Counted from the first letter of the stretch, positions 36,158-44,522 are shown. The stretch: 64,000 bases of DNA from Chloroflexota bacterium (GCA_005883625.1 VBDU01000071.1:17233-81232); one strand, 5' to 3'. Notes: generated by a model from the letters alone, not told the origin. Numbers and translations are program-made.

Positions 36158-36628
36158 GTGCTCGAGCCCGACGCAGTGGTCGTCCCCGCGGGCGACGCAC
36201 TGCTCGGCGAGCCGCTCCGCACCGAGCACGTCAACGTCTTCGCGATCTCCCGCCACCCGGTCAGCGTGTCCGAGTACGCCGTGTTCCTCGACGACACCAA
36301 GCACGCTCCGCCCGTGAACTGGGCTACACAGCGGCGGCGCCCGGACGGAGCGGTCGAGGGCATCACCTGGGCGGACGCGGTGACGTACTGCCGCTGGCTC
36401 ACCCTCCGCCTCGGCCGCACCTACCGGCTGCCGGACGAACGCGAGTGGGAAAAGGCCGCGCGCGCCGGCGTCCTCGCCGCGCTCGACGCGCGCCGCGAAT
36501 GGACGAACACCTGGGCCCCGAGTGGCCGTGTTCTCCGGGGAGGCCCCGACCTGGCCACGCGCGCCTACGCGAGCGACGACCCGCGCGGCGTCGGGTTCCG
36601 CGTGGTGCACAGCATGACCGGCCGCTAG
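36158..36628 (+). CDS. formylglycine-generating-enzyme (SUMF1/FGE) fold protein, short form
   Basis: Motifs ITWADAVTYCRWL and YRLPDEREWEKAAR. GTG 36158. Confidence 0.75.
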   Translation: MLEPDAVVVPAGDALLGEPLRTEHVNVFAISRHPVSVSEYAVFLDDTKHAPPVNWATQRRRPDGAVEGITWADAVTYCRWLTLRLGRTYRLPDEREWEKAARAGVLAALDARREWTNTWAPSGRVLRGGPDLATRAYASDDPRGVGFRVVHSMTGR

Positions 36629-37566
36629 TGCGAGTTGCCTCGGGGGCCGGGGGGCAGCGCCCCCCGACGCTGACCATCGTCGCGAGCGGCAACGGAGCGA
36701 GCGCGCTCCCCGTCGGGATGCGCCTCCTCCGCCGCGGGGGCAACGCGCTCGACGCCGTCGAGGCCTGCGCACGCATCGTCGAGGCGGATCCGACGGACAC
36801 GAGCGTCGGCCGCGGCGGCAAGCCGAACGTCCTGGGCATCGTCGAGCTGGACGCCTCGATCGTCGACGGGACGACGCATCGCGTCGGGGCGGTCGCGGCG
36901 CTCGTGGGGTACCTGTACCCGATCACCATCGCGCGCGCCGTGATGGAGCGCACGCCGCACGTGATGCTCGTCGGCGCGGGCGCCGCACGCTTCGCGCGCG
37001 AGATCGGCGCTGCGAAGGCGCAGAACCTCACCGCGTCGACGCGCGAGCTCTGGGTCGAGCGACTACGGAAGGCGCACGAGACGCCGGCGAGCGTCCGCCG
37101 TCGCGCGAGGCTCCTGCCGGTCGTGCGGAAGACCGTGCGTGAAGAGCGCGGCACGGTGAACTTCCTGGCGATCGACGGCGCTGGTCACATCGCGTCGGCG
37201 GTGACAACGAGCGGCTGGGCGTACAAGTACCCTGGCCGCGTCGGCGACTCGCCGATCGTCGGCGCGGGCAACTACTGCGACACGCGGTACGGCGCGGCGG
37301 CATGCACGGGGTTCGGCGAGCTCGCCATCCGCAACGTCACCGCGAAGACGGCCGTCGACCGGCTCGCGAAAGGGATCGCGCCGGTCGAAGTCGCTCGCCT
37401 GGCGGTCGCCGACGCGAACGTGCTCGACGACGCGGCATTCAACATCGTCGTCCTCGCCGCCGACGGGACACACGCGTCGGCGACGAACCGCGAGGGCCGC
37501 CGCTACTGCTTCATGACCGCAGACATGGAGGAGCCGGTCACGACGGCGCGCGAGGTCGTGCGTTAG
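36628..37566 (+). CDS. Ntn-hydrolase of the asparaginase-2 family (isoaspartyl peptidase / glycosylasparaginase-like)
   Basis: Autoprocessing site RGTVNF and motif GDSPIVGAGNY. GTG 36628 (TAGTG with the upstream stop) is the only canonical start, and it places a REP-like hairpin in codons 4-14. Confidence 0.8.
   Translation: MRVASGAGGQRPPTLTIVASGNGASALPVGMRLLRRGGNALDAVEACARIVEADPTDTSVGRGGKPNVLGIVELDASIVDGTTHRVGAVAALVGYLYPITIARAVMERTPHVMLVGAGAARFAREIGAAKAQNLTASTRELWVERLRKAHETPASVRRRARLLPVVRKTVREERGTVNFLAIDGAGHIASAVTTSGWAYKYPGRVGDSPIVGAGNYCDTRYGAAACTGFGELAIRNVTAKTAVDRLAKGIAPVEVARLAVADANVLDDAAFNIVVLAADGTHASATNREGRRYCFMTADMEEPVTTAREVVR
36640..36669. repeat. REP-like hairpin element (G6-CAGCG-C6 subtype) inside a coding region
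   Basis: 30 nt identical to 13438..13467. Confidence 0.6.
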
Positions 37567-37979
37567 GACGCCGCGACCAGGGCGATCGCCTCCCTCGTCT
37601 CCGGCCAGTGCAGGATCGCGAGGGCCTCCTCCAGCGTGCACCAGCGATACTCGTCGTGCTCCTCGTTGAGCACGGGCTCCCACTCTGGCGGCGCGTCGAT
37701 CGCGAAGCTCTCGATCGTGATCTGCTCTATCCCTGGGCCGTACTCGTGCCGCGTGGCCTCGGGCACGAGGTAGCCCTGGGTCATGCCGACGTGGCGGAGC
37801 AGGGCGTTCGGGCCGAGCCCCGTCTCCTCATGGAGCTCGCGCGCGGCCGCCTCGGCGAACGTCTCGCCCTCCTCCACGACGCCGGCGACGATGTGCCAGT
37901 AACGATCGTGGGCGCGATGGAGGACGAGGAACCGGCCGCCGCGACGGACGAAGACGCCGGTCTCGCGCGCCGTCCGCAC
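37563..37979 (-). CDS. NUDIX hydrolase
   Basis: Nudix box GVVEEGETFAEAAARELHEETGL. GTG start. Confidence 0.85.
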   Translation of the reverse strand: MRTARETGVFVRRGGRFLVLHRAHDRYWHIVAGVVEEGETFAEAAARELHEETGLGPNALLRHVGMTQGYLVPEATRHEYGPGIEQITIESFAIDAPPEWEPVLNEEHDEYRWCTLEEALAILHWPETREAIALVAAS

Positions 37980-37988
37980 GCGCGAAGG

Positions 37989-40526
37989 CTAAAGCGCGGC
38001 GACCGCCGCCTGCATCTTCGCGGTCGCGTCGGTCGGGCTCGTGCCAGCGGAGAAGTAGAGCGGGTCACCGAACACGACTTCGACGTCGCCGCGCCACCCG
38101 TTCGAGCGCGAGCGCTCCCATTTCCGGTACCGGCGATCGAGGAGCGACACCTTGTTGATCTTCAGCTTCATCGGCACGACCGGGCTCGCGCCCTCGACCG
38201 CGATGAGCCCGGCGCCGGACTTGAACGGCTGGGTCGGGCCCCCCACGGTGAGCTTCCCCTCGGGATAGATGAGGATGGAGAAGTTGCGGTCGAGCCGGGC
38301 TCCGAGAAGCTCGAGGCTCCTGCGGATCGCGCCCTCGCGGGCGAGCGGGAACGCGTTCGCGAAGACCGACGAGAAGAAGCCATTCAGCTTGTTGCCGAAG
38401 ACGTCGTCGGCCGCGGCGGCGATGGCGAGCTGCCAGCGCCACTTCAGCGGGATCGCCATGAGGATGATCCCGTTGTCCCATTGCAGGCAGTGGTTCGGCG
38501 TGAACAGGACCGGGCCGCGCAGCCCCCGGAGCTTCTCCGCGCCCGTGATCTTGACGTCGTAGAAGGTGTGGACGAGCGGATAGAGCAGCGTCTGCTGGAG
38601 GAGCAGCCCGAAGCTCCGCACGAGCGGGCTGAGCGGCCAGCCGTAGATGCCGGTATCGCGCTTGGTGTCGCGCGCCGCGGCGACCATGCGCTCGAGGTCG
38701 TCGACCGTCGCATTCGGATCGAGCGCCGCGTCGTCGATGTACGACCCGAGCTCCTCCTCGATCGCGCCGAGCAGGTCGACACGGCCAAGCGAGTCGAGGC
38801 CGAGGTCGGCCGAGAGCTGGGCGTGCGGCTCGATGCGGTCAGGCGGGACGTTCGCGACCTGCACGATGAGCTTTTCGACATCGGTCAGCTCGCGTGTCCC
38901 GCCTGAGGCCTGGGTGGCCGGGGGAGCTTTGCCCCCCCGACTGATCGCGAGCACGCGCTCGGTGACTTCGCGCTTCTTCACCTTCTGCGTCGGCGTCGTC
39001 GGGAACTCCGCATCCGGCCAGACGGTCCAGCCACGGATCTGCTGGCTCCCCGAGAGCTTGCGGTTGGTCTCGCGCACGATCTGCTCGACGACGGCCGGAT
39101 CCTTCGGTTCGAGGAAGACGGCGTGCACGTGCACCGGCTCGCCCTCCGGCTCGAGACCGATCACCGTTGCGAGCTCCGGGCGCTGCGGCGTCGCAAGCGC
39201 GGCGATCGCCGGATGCGCGGCGAGGATGTTCTCGATGTCCTCCGGATAGACCTTGAGGCCGTCGGGGAGCGCGATCATGTCCTTCTTCCGGCCGTGCAGC
39301 CAGAGGAAGCCGTCCTCGTCGAACTTCCCGAGGTCGCCGGTGTGGAACCAGCCGTCGGCGTCGAGCGCCGCGCGTGTCGCCGCTTCGTTCTCCCAGTAGC
39401 CCTTGAAGATGTTCGGTCCGTGCGCGATGACCTCGCCGTCCTCGGCGATCCTCACCTCGACCCCGGGAAGCGGGACGCCGACCGATCCGAGACGGTTCCG
39501 GTCCAGTCGGTTGAACGTGAGGGCCGGGGAGCACTCGGAGAGCCCGTAGCCCTGGAGGATCTCGACGCCGAGCTCGCGCCAGGCCTCGCCGAGCGCGGGG
39601 TCGAGGGCGGAGCCGCCCGAGACGATGTAGCGGAACTCGCCTCCGAACTGCGAGTGGACCTGGAAGAAGAGCATTCGGCGAAGCGCCATCGGGAGCCCTC
39701 GCGCGATCCGGCGCAGCCGCGCGAAGAGCTCGCCCTTCCCGTCCTGCTCGGCCTTGCGTTCGATCGCGAGGAAGAGCGAGCGCACGACCGCGGGGGTGAT
39801 GAGGATCATGGAGACCTGCCGCTCGCGGAACGTCCGGCGCACCACCGAGGGCTGGCGGCTTGTCGGGTACACGACCGACGCGCCCGCGATGAGCAGGCAC
39901 CAGAACCCCGCCATCTGCTCGAACATGTGCGAGAGCGGGATGAACGAGAGCAGCCGCTGATGCGGGCCGATGGGGAAGATCTGCGTCGCGGCGAGCGAGT
40001 TCGAGAGGATGTTCCGGTGCGTGAGCATCGTCCCCTTCGGGTCGCCGGTCGTCCCTGAGGTGAACACGACCTCGGCGAGGTCGTCCGGGCTCACGGCGGC
40101 CTTGGGCAGTGGCTGCTTCGCGCGGGCCTGATCGCACAGGAGCTCCATCTCGAAGAGCGGGAGCTCCAGGGGTAGCGCACGCAGCTTGGTCTGCTGCGAG
40201 ACGACGATCGCGCTCGCGCGCGTGCGCCGCGCGATCGTTTCGATGAACTCCGACGTCGAGTTCACGTCGAGCGGAACGACGACCGCGCCGACGCGTAGCG
40301 CTGCGAGCATCGCAATGCCGTACTCGGGCCGGTTGACGCCGAAAGCGATCACGCGGTCGCCCTTCTTGATGCCGGCCTCCGCCAAGACGCGCGCCACGCG
40401 GGGGACGACGTCCGCCAGGTCGCGGAAGCTCCACGTCCGCGTGCGGAAGCCCGGCTTGATCATGAGCGCGGTCTTCGCGCCGAAGGCCGTCGCGGAGGCC
40501 TCGAGGACGTCGTTCAGGGTTTCCAC
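37989..40526 (-). CDS. tri-domain fusion: AMP-dependent acyl ligase, acyl carrier domain, and PlsC-type acyltransferase
   Basis: Adenylation motifs TSGTTGDPKG, GYGLSE and HTGD. Carrier motif LGLDSL (Ser codon at 38790-38792). Acyltransferase motifs NHCLQWD (HX4D, 38475-38492) and YPEGK. GTG 40526 is preferred; GTG 40574 is possible. Confidence 0.85.
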   Translation of the reverse strand: METLNDVLEASATAFGAKTALMIKPGFRTRTWSFRDLADVVPRVARVLAEAGIKKGDRVIAFGVNRPEYGIAMLAALRVGAVVVPLDVNSTSEFIETIARRTRASAIVVSQQTKLRALPLELPLFEMELLCDQARAKQPLPKAAVSPDDLAEVVFTSGTTGDPKGTMLTHRNILSNSLAATQIFPIGPHQRLLSFIPLSHMFEQMAGFWCLLIAGASVVYPTSRQPSVVRRTFRERQVSMILITPAVVRSLFLAIERKAEQDGKGELFARLRRIARGLPMALRRMLFFQVHSQFGGEFRYIVSGGSALDPALGEAWRELGVEILQGYGLSECSPALTFNRLDRNRLGSVGVPLPGVEVRIAEDGEVIAHGPNIFKGYWENEAATRAALDADGWFHTGDLGKFDEDGFLWLHGRKKDMIALPDGLKVYPEDIENILAAHPAIAALATPQRPELATVIGLEPEGEPVHVHAVFLEPKDPAVVEQIVRETNRKLSGSQQIRGWTVWPDAEFPTTPTQKVKKREVTERVLAISRGGKAPPATQASGGTRELTDVEKLIVQVANVPPDRIEPHAQLSADLGLDSLGRVDLLGAIEEELGSYIDDAALDPNATVDDLERMVAAARDTKRDTGIYGWPLSPLVRSFGLLLQQTLLYPLVHTFYDVKITGAEKLRGLRGPVLFTPNHCLQWDNGIILMAIPLKWRWQLAIAAAADDVFGNKLNGFFSSVFANAFPLAREGAIRRSLELLGARLDRNFSILIYPEGKLTVGGPTQPFKSGAGLIAVEGASPVVPMKLKINKVSLLDRRYRKWERSRSNGWRGDVEVVFGDPLYFSAGTSPTDATAKMQAAVAAL

Positions 40527-40528
40527 GG

Positions 40529-41185
40529 TCAGCTCGCCAGCTGGCGCAGCGCGTCGCGCGCCTGCTCTCGGCACGGTGGGTAGTGGGAGAAGAGGATCGT
40601 GTCGACGTCGAGCTCGGCGAGGCGGCCGATGGAGCGTCGCGCGAGGCTCATGTCGTCGGTGAAGAAGTAGTTCGGAAGCGTCACGTGGCCCCGCGCACGC
40701 TGGAGGAGATCACCGACGATGACGAAGCGGCGCGAGGGTGAGTGCAGGCAGACGCTGCCCGGGGTGTGACCCGGCGTGTGGACGACCCGGAGGCCGTCGA
40801 GGACCGGGAGCACGTCGCCGTCGGCGAGCGGCCTGGGATCCGTGGGCGGACGCGTGAGGAACGCGACGATCGGCCCGGGCGACGGGTTCGAGATCACGTC
40901 ACGCAGCTTGATCCGCAGCCGCTCGTTGTCGGCCGGATGGAGGAACACCTGCGCGCCCGACGCCGCGGCGATCTCATGCGCGCCGCCGATGTGGTCGGGG
41001 TGTCCGTGCGTGCACACGATCCGCGTGAGCTCGTCCATCCGCCGTCCGAGGCGGCGCAGATACGACGCGACGATCCGCCCGGACCCCCGGTGCCCCGCGT
41101 CGATCAACGTGAGCTCGTCCTCGACGATCAGGTACGCCTGGGCGCCGCGGAGCCGGAGGACGTGGACGTTCGGCAGGACCTCCAC
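40529..41185 (-). CDS. MBL-fold metallo-hydrolase (glyoxalase II / persulfide dioxygenase-like)
   Basis: Motifs THGHPDH, HTPGHTPGS and GD. GTG 41183-41185, 2 nt after the TAG of the upstream reading frame. Confidence 0.8.
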   Translation of the reverse strand: MEVLPNVHVLRLRGAQAYLIVEDELTLIDAGHRGSGRIVASYLRRLGRRMDELTRIVCTHGHPDHIGGAHEIAAASGAQVFLHPADNERLRIKLRDVISNPSPGPIVAFLTRPPTDPRPLADGDVLPVLDGLRVVHTPGHTPGSVCLHSPSRRFVIVGDLLQRARGHVTLPNYFFTDDMSLARRSIGRLAELDVDTILFSHYPPCREQARDALRQLAS

Positions 41186-41187
41186 CC

Positions 41188-41550
41188 CTAGAAGCTGAGC
41201 ACCTTTTCCGATTCCATCGTCATCTTCACGAGATCGGGCGGAGTGATGAAGGACGCCCCCGCCGGCGCCATCTCCTTCGAGACCCCACGGGCCTCTGCGC
41301 AGCCCTTTCAGATGTAAAAGGTGATCCCGCGCTCGATCGACGAGCGCACGAGGTCGGCGAGCGGCGGGATGCCGATCCCGCGCACCTTCGCCTGGACCTC
41401 CGGCTTCATGAGCTCGACGGCGTCGCCGGCGAGAGCGATCCCGCAGCTGACCCCGGAGGTGCCCGCTCCGTTGGCCGCGATGTGGAACGGGACGCTCGCG
41501 GTCGTCGCGTTGTCCGGCCCCTGGCTCGTCACGATGAGCAGCTTCAACAT
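41188..41550 (-). CDS. DsrE/TusD-like sulfur-carrier protein with an in-frame TGA (candidate selenocysteine, codon 81)
   Basis: SD GGGGAGG lies 6 nt before ATG 41548-41550. TGA at 41308-41310 is followed by 39 in-frame high-GC3 codons running to TAG 41188-41190. The joined 120-aa product has normal family length. Confidence 0.55.
41279..41295 (-). promoter_or_regulatory. candidate bacterial SECIS hairpin
   Basis: mRNA GAGGCCC-GUG-GGGUCUC at +16..+32 from the U of UGA, with G-U in the apical loop at +23/+24. Confidence 0.4.
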
Positions 41551-41606
41551 TCGCACCCTCCCCGTCCTCGCATGCTAGGCCGCCCGAAAAGTGGCCTGGC
41601 ACACGG

Positions 41607-42347
41607 TCAGGCCACGAACGTGCGCCACAGAAGGTTCGCCACGCTCCCCACGAGCAGGAGCACGATGACCTGCCGGAAGCGCACCGGGTCGAGGCGTCCG
41701 CGGAGGGCCATGCCGGCCATGAGGGCGAGGAGCATGGGCACAAGCGCGATGACCCCGAGCGTGACGAGCTCCGGCGTGAAGAGGCCGAGCGCCCAGTACG
41801 AGAGCACCTGCACGGTCGAGCTCAGCTGGAAGACGGTCGCCAGCGTGATGACGTAGTCACGCGGCGCAAGGCGCAGCGCGTGAAAGTACGACCCGACGAT
41901 CGGGCTCGAGATCGACGTCGTCCCCTGCATCACGCCGCCGGCGAAGCCCACGATCGGCGTGAGGATCTTCGCGCGCCGCGCCCCCGGCTCGCCGACGATG
42001 CGCTCGCCCCGCAGGAGGAAGGCCGCGACCATCGCCGTGATGAGGATCGCGAACGTCCGCTGATCGAGGCCCGCGAGAAGGAACGCGCCGAGGACCGTGC
42101 CGAGCGCGTTCGCGACGACGAGCGGGAGGAGCGAGCGCAGGAGACCGAGCGCGCGCCAGCCCTGGAGCACGAGGAGCGTGTTCGCGACGACGATCGGGAT
42201 CGTGATGATGACGACCGCCTGCTTCGGGCCGAACACGCCCGCCAGGATCGGCGTCGCGATGAGCGGGAGGCCCATCGCCGTCGCGCCCTTCGCGAGACCG
42301 GCCACGCCGAGCCCCGCGACGAGCGTCAGGAGCTGGAGCGGGCCCAA
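41607..42347 (-). CDS. TauE/SafE-family (DUF81) sulfite/anion exporter
   Basis: 246-aa polytopic membrane tail of ORF 41607..42983. TTG 42345-42347 overlaps the upstream gene by 22 nt. Confidence 0.8.
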   Translation of the reverse strand: MGPLQLLTLVAGLGVAGLAKGATAMGLPLIATPILAGVFGPKQAVVIITIPIVVANTLLVLQGWRALGLLRSLLPLVVANALGTVLGAFLLAGLDQRTFAILITAMVAAFLLRGERIVGEPGARRAKILTPIVGFAGGVMQGTTSISSPIVGSYFHALRLAPRDYVITLATVFQLSSTVQVLSYWALGLFTPELVTLGVIALVPMLLALMAGMALRGRLDPVRFRQVIVLLLVGSVANLLWRTFVA

Positions 42348-43672
42348 TCGCGCTCGCCGACGAGCGCCTTCCAGTCGATCGCGTGGAGCCGATCGCTCGC
42401 GATGTAACGGCGGCCTTCCTTCGCGAGCTCGCGCCCGTCGACGCGGACGATGTCGGCCGTGTGATCGAACCCGCTCCCGTGCACGAGGGCCGACCCGACG
42501 CCGTACACGTCGACAGGGACGCCGAGCTGCTCGAACCGACGGATCTTCTCCGCGTCGAACCCGCCCGACGCGACGATCCTGACGTGCGGGTAGCCGTGGC
42601 GGTCGAGTGCCGTGCGCAGGAGCTCGACGAGCCCTGGCGTCACGCCCCGGATGTCGCCAGGCGCATGGCCGCCGCGCGACTCGATCTCGCGAAGGATCGA
42701 GCGGTCGATCATCGACTCGCTCGTGTCGACGCGGACGCCCCACAGCCGACCGCCGAGTGCGTGCGCGACCCCGAGGGACGTGTTCACGACGTCGTTGCTG
42801 AAGTCGACGAGGCTCGTGACGTTCACGTGCCCCTCGGGCGTGCCTTTTGCGGTGAGGTGTCCGATGGCATCCGGCGCGCGGTTGATGTACTCGTCGAACT
42901 TGAGCGTCGCGACCGTGGTATCGCCGCCATACACGGCGATCAGCGCGTGTGGCACCGTGCCGAGACCTGTCGAGCCCCACCACTCGCCTTGCTCGTCGGT
43001 AGAGACGCCGATCGCGCCGCCGACGTATGCGGCATACCCCGCGCCGGCCTGCGCCTCGTGGACCTGATGGCGCGCGCCGAACATGATCACCGGCTTGCCG
43101 TTCGCCGCCGCGACGACGTCTCGCGTGTTCGTCGCGACGCGGGTGCCTTCGGCGAGCGCGCCGAGGTAAAGCGTCTCGAGATGCGCGAACGCCGCGTACT
43201 CGCCCTCGATGTGCATGACCGGCTCGCCCGGCGAAGCGATCTCACCGTCGCAGAGCGATTCGACGGCGAGCTCACGCCAGCCCGGCTCCCAGAGCGAGGC
43301 GAGCTCGCGCGAGATGTCGAACACCTCGCGGGCGATGGGCGCGTAGGCGTCCCAGTCAAGAGCGGGGAGCGCGGTCCACGCGCCGTAGAGGCGCCGCTCG
43401 GCGTCGAGGTAGCGCTCGAAAAGCGCTTCTGAGCGCGCGCGGTCGCGGTAGCGGCCCGCGCCGACGCGGAGGAACGCGAGCGTCTGGTCGGTGCCGACGA
43501 TCACGGCGTCCGGGTGCTTCTGGAAGACCTGCATCGTGACGCGATCGCGGCGCTCGTCGCGCTCGAGGATGAGCTTGGTACGCGCGAAGTAGATGTCGCT
43601 CTTGTAGCCCGCGCGGATCTTCTCGATCGGCAGGCGGAAGACGTGCGGCCCCAGGCGCTCGGTGACGATCAC
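42326..43672 (-). CDS. nicotinate phosphoribosyltransferase family protein
   Basis: 448 aa, NAPRTase-like (KSDIYFARTK, GARHQ, GVGS). GTG start. Confidence 0.85.
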   Translation of the reverse strand: MIVTERLGPHVFRLPIEKIRAGYKSDIYFARTKLILERDERRDRVTMQVFQKHPDAVIVGTDQTLAFLRVGAGRYRDRARSEALFERYLDAERRLYGAWTALPALDWDAYAPIAREVFDISRELASLWEPGWRELAVESLCDGEIASPGEPVMHIEGEYAAFAHLETLYLGALAEGTRVATNTRDVVAAANGKPVIMFGARHQVHEAQAGAGYAAYVGGAIGVSTDEQGEWWGSTGLGTVPHALIAVYGGDTTVATLKFDEYINRAPDAIGHLTAKGTPEGHVNVTSLVDFSNDVVNTSLGVAHALGGRLWGVRVDTSESMIDRSILREIESRGGHAPGDIRGVTPGLVELLRTALDRHGYPHVRIVASGGFDAEKIRRFEQLGVPVDVYGVGSALVHGSGFDHTADIVRVDGRELAKEGRRYIASDRLHAIDWKALVGERDWARSSS

Positions 43673-43676
43673 GGCG

Positions 43677-44477
43677 TCACCACATGCTCATGAGCATGCC
43701 GCCGTCCACCTGGAGCGAGACACCGTTGATGTAGCTCGCCTTCGGCGAGGCGATGAAGACCACGGCCGCGGCGTACTCCTCGGGCCTGCCGTACCGGCCC
43801 ATCGGGATGACCTGCTCCTCGTAGCGCTTGCGGACGGCGTCGGGGGTCGTGCCCTGACGCTTCGCCGTGTCGGTGTCGAGCTGGATGAGGCGATCGGTCG
43901 CGATGCGTCCCGGCTGCACGGCGTTCACCCGGATGCCTTCCTTCGCCAGGTCCGCCGAGATCGTCTTCAGCATGCCGTGCACCGACGCGCGGATCGCGTT
44001 CGAGAGGATGAGGTTGAGGTACTGCGTCGGCTGGCGGACCGAGGTCGAGGTCGAGTACACGATCGAGCCGCCCCGCTGTTTGCGCATGATCGGGAGCGCG
44101 AGCCGCGTGAGGCGCACCGCCGAGAAGAGCGTGAGGTCGACGGCCTTCTGCCAGGCGGCGTCGTCGAGGTCGTCGAACCGTCCCGGGGGCGGGCCGCCGG
44201 CGTTCACGATGAGGATGTCGACCGTCCGGTACTTCGCGACGGCGGTCTGCACGAACGACTCGCAGCCTTCTCTGGTCGCCAGATCGGCCGCGATCGGCAG
44301 GACGTCGCCCTTCGTCTTGCGGACGATTTCCTCAGCGGCCGCGGTGATGGCGCCCTCCTCGCGGCTGCACATCGCGACCTTCGCGCCCTCGCGCGCGAAC
44401 TCCTCCGCGATCGCGCGGCCGAGGCCCTTGCTCGCGGCGGCGACGAGCGCGATCTTGCCCGAGAGGCCGAGGTCCAT
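43677..44477 (-). CDS. SDR-family oxidoreductase (FabG-like)
   Basis: Motifs AAASKGLGRAIA and NAGG, with a classic SDR core. Confidence 0.9.
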   Translation of the reverse strand: MDLGLSGKIALVAAASKGLGRAIAEEFAREGAKVAMCSREEGAITAAAEEIVRKTKGDVLPIAADLATREGCESFVQTAVAKYRTVDILIVNAGGPPPGRFDDLDDAAWQKAVDLTLFSAVRLTRLALPIMRKQRGGSIVYSTSTSVRQPTQYLNLILSNAIRASVHGMLKTISADLAKEGIRVNAVQPGRIATDRLIQLDTDTAKRQGTTPDAVRKRYEEQVIPMGRYGRPEEYAAAVVFIASPKASYINGVSLQVDGGMLMSMW

Positions 44478-44522
44478 CGCGAATAGAGTGCCACCGATGC
44501 CTCGATCGAGGCGGCGCCGGGC

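Noticed and set aside
36158-36628. FGE-fold protein as a diversity-generating-retroelement target
   Set aside because: No reverse transcriptase, no template repeat matching its 3' end, and no Asn/AAC-rich variable region.
41188-41310. Reading the DsrE-like gene as a plain 80-aa gene followed by non-coding DNA, or as a pseudogene
   Set aside because: Not fully excluded. It is disfavoured because the 39 post-TGA codons stay in frame, keep coding-type GC3, complete the family-length protein and end exactly at the next gene's start. The TGA also sits in a U-x-x-C context with a well-placed hairpin.
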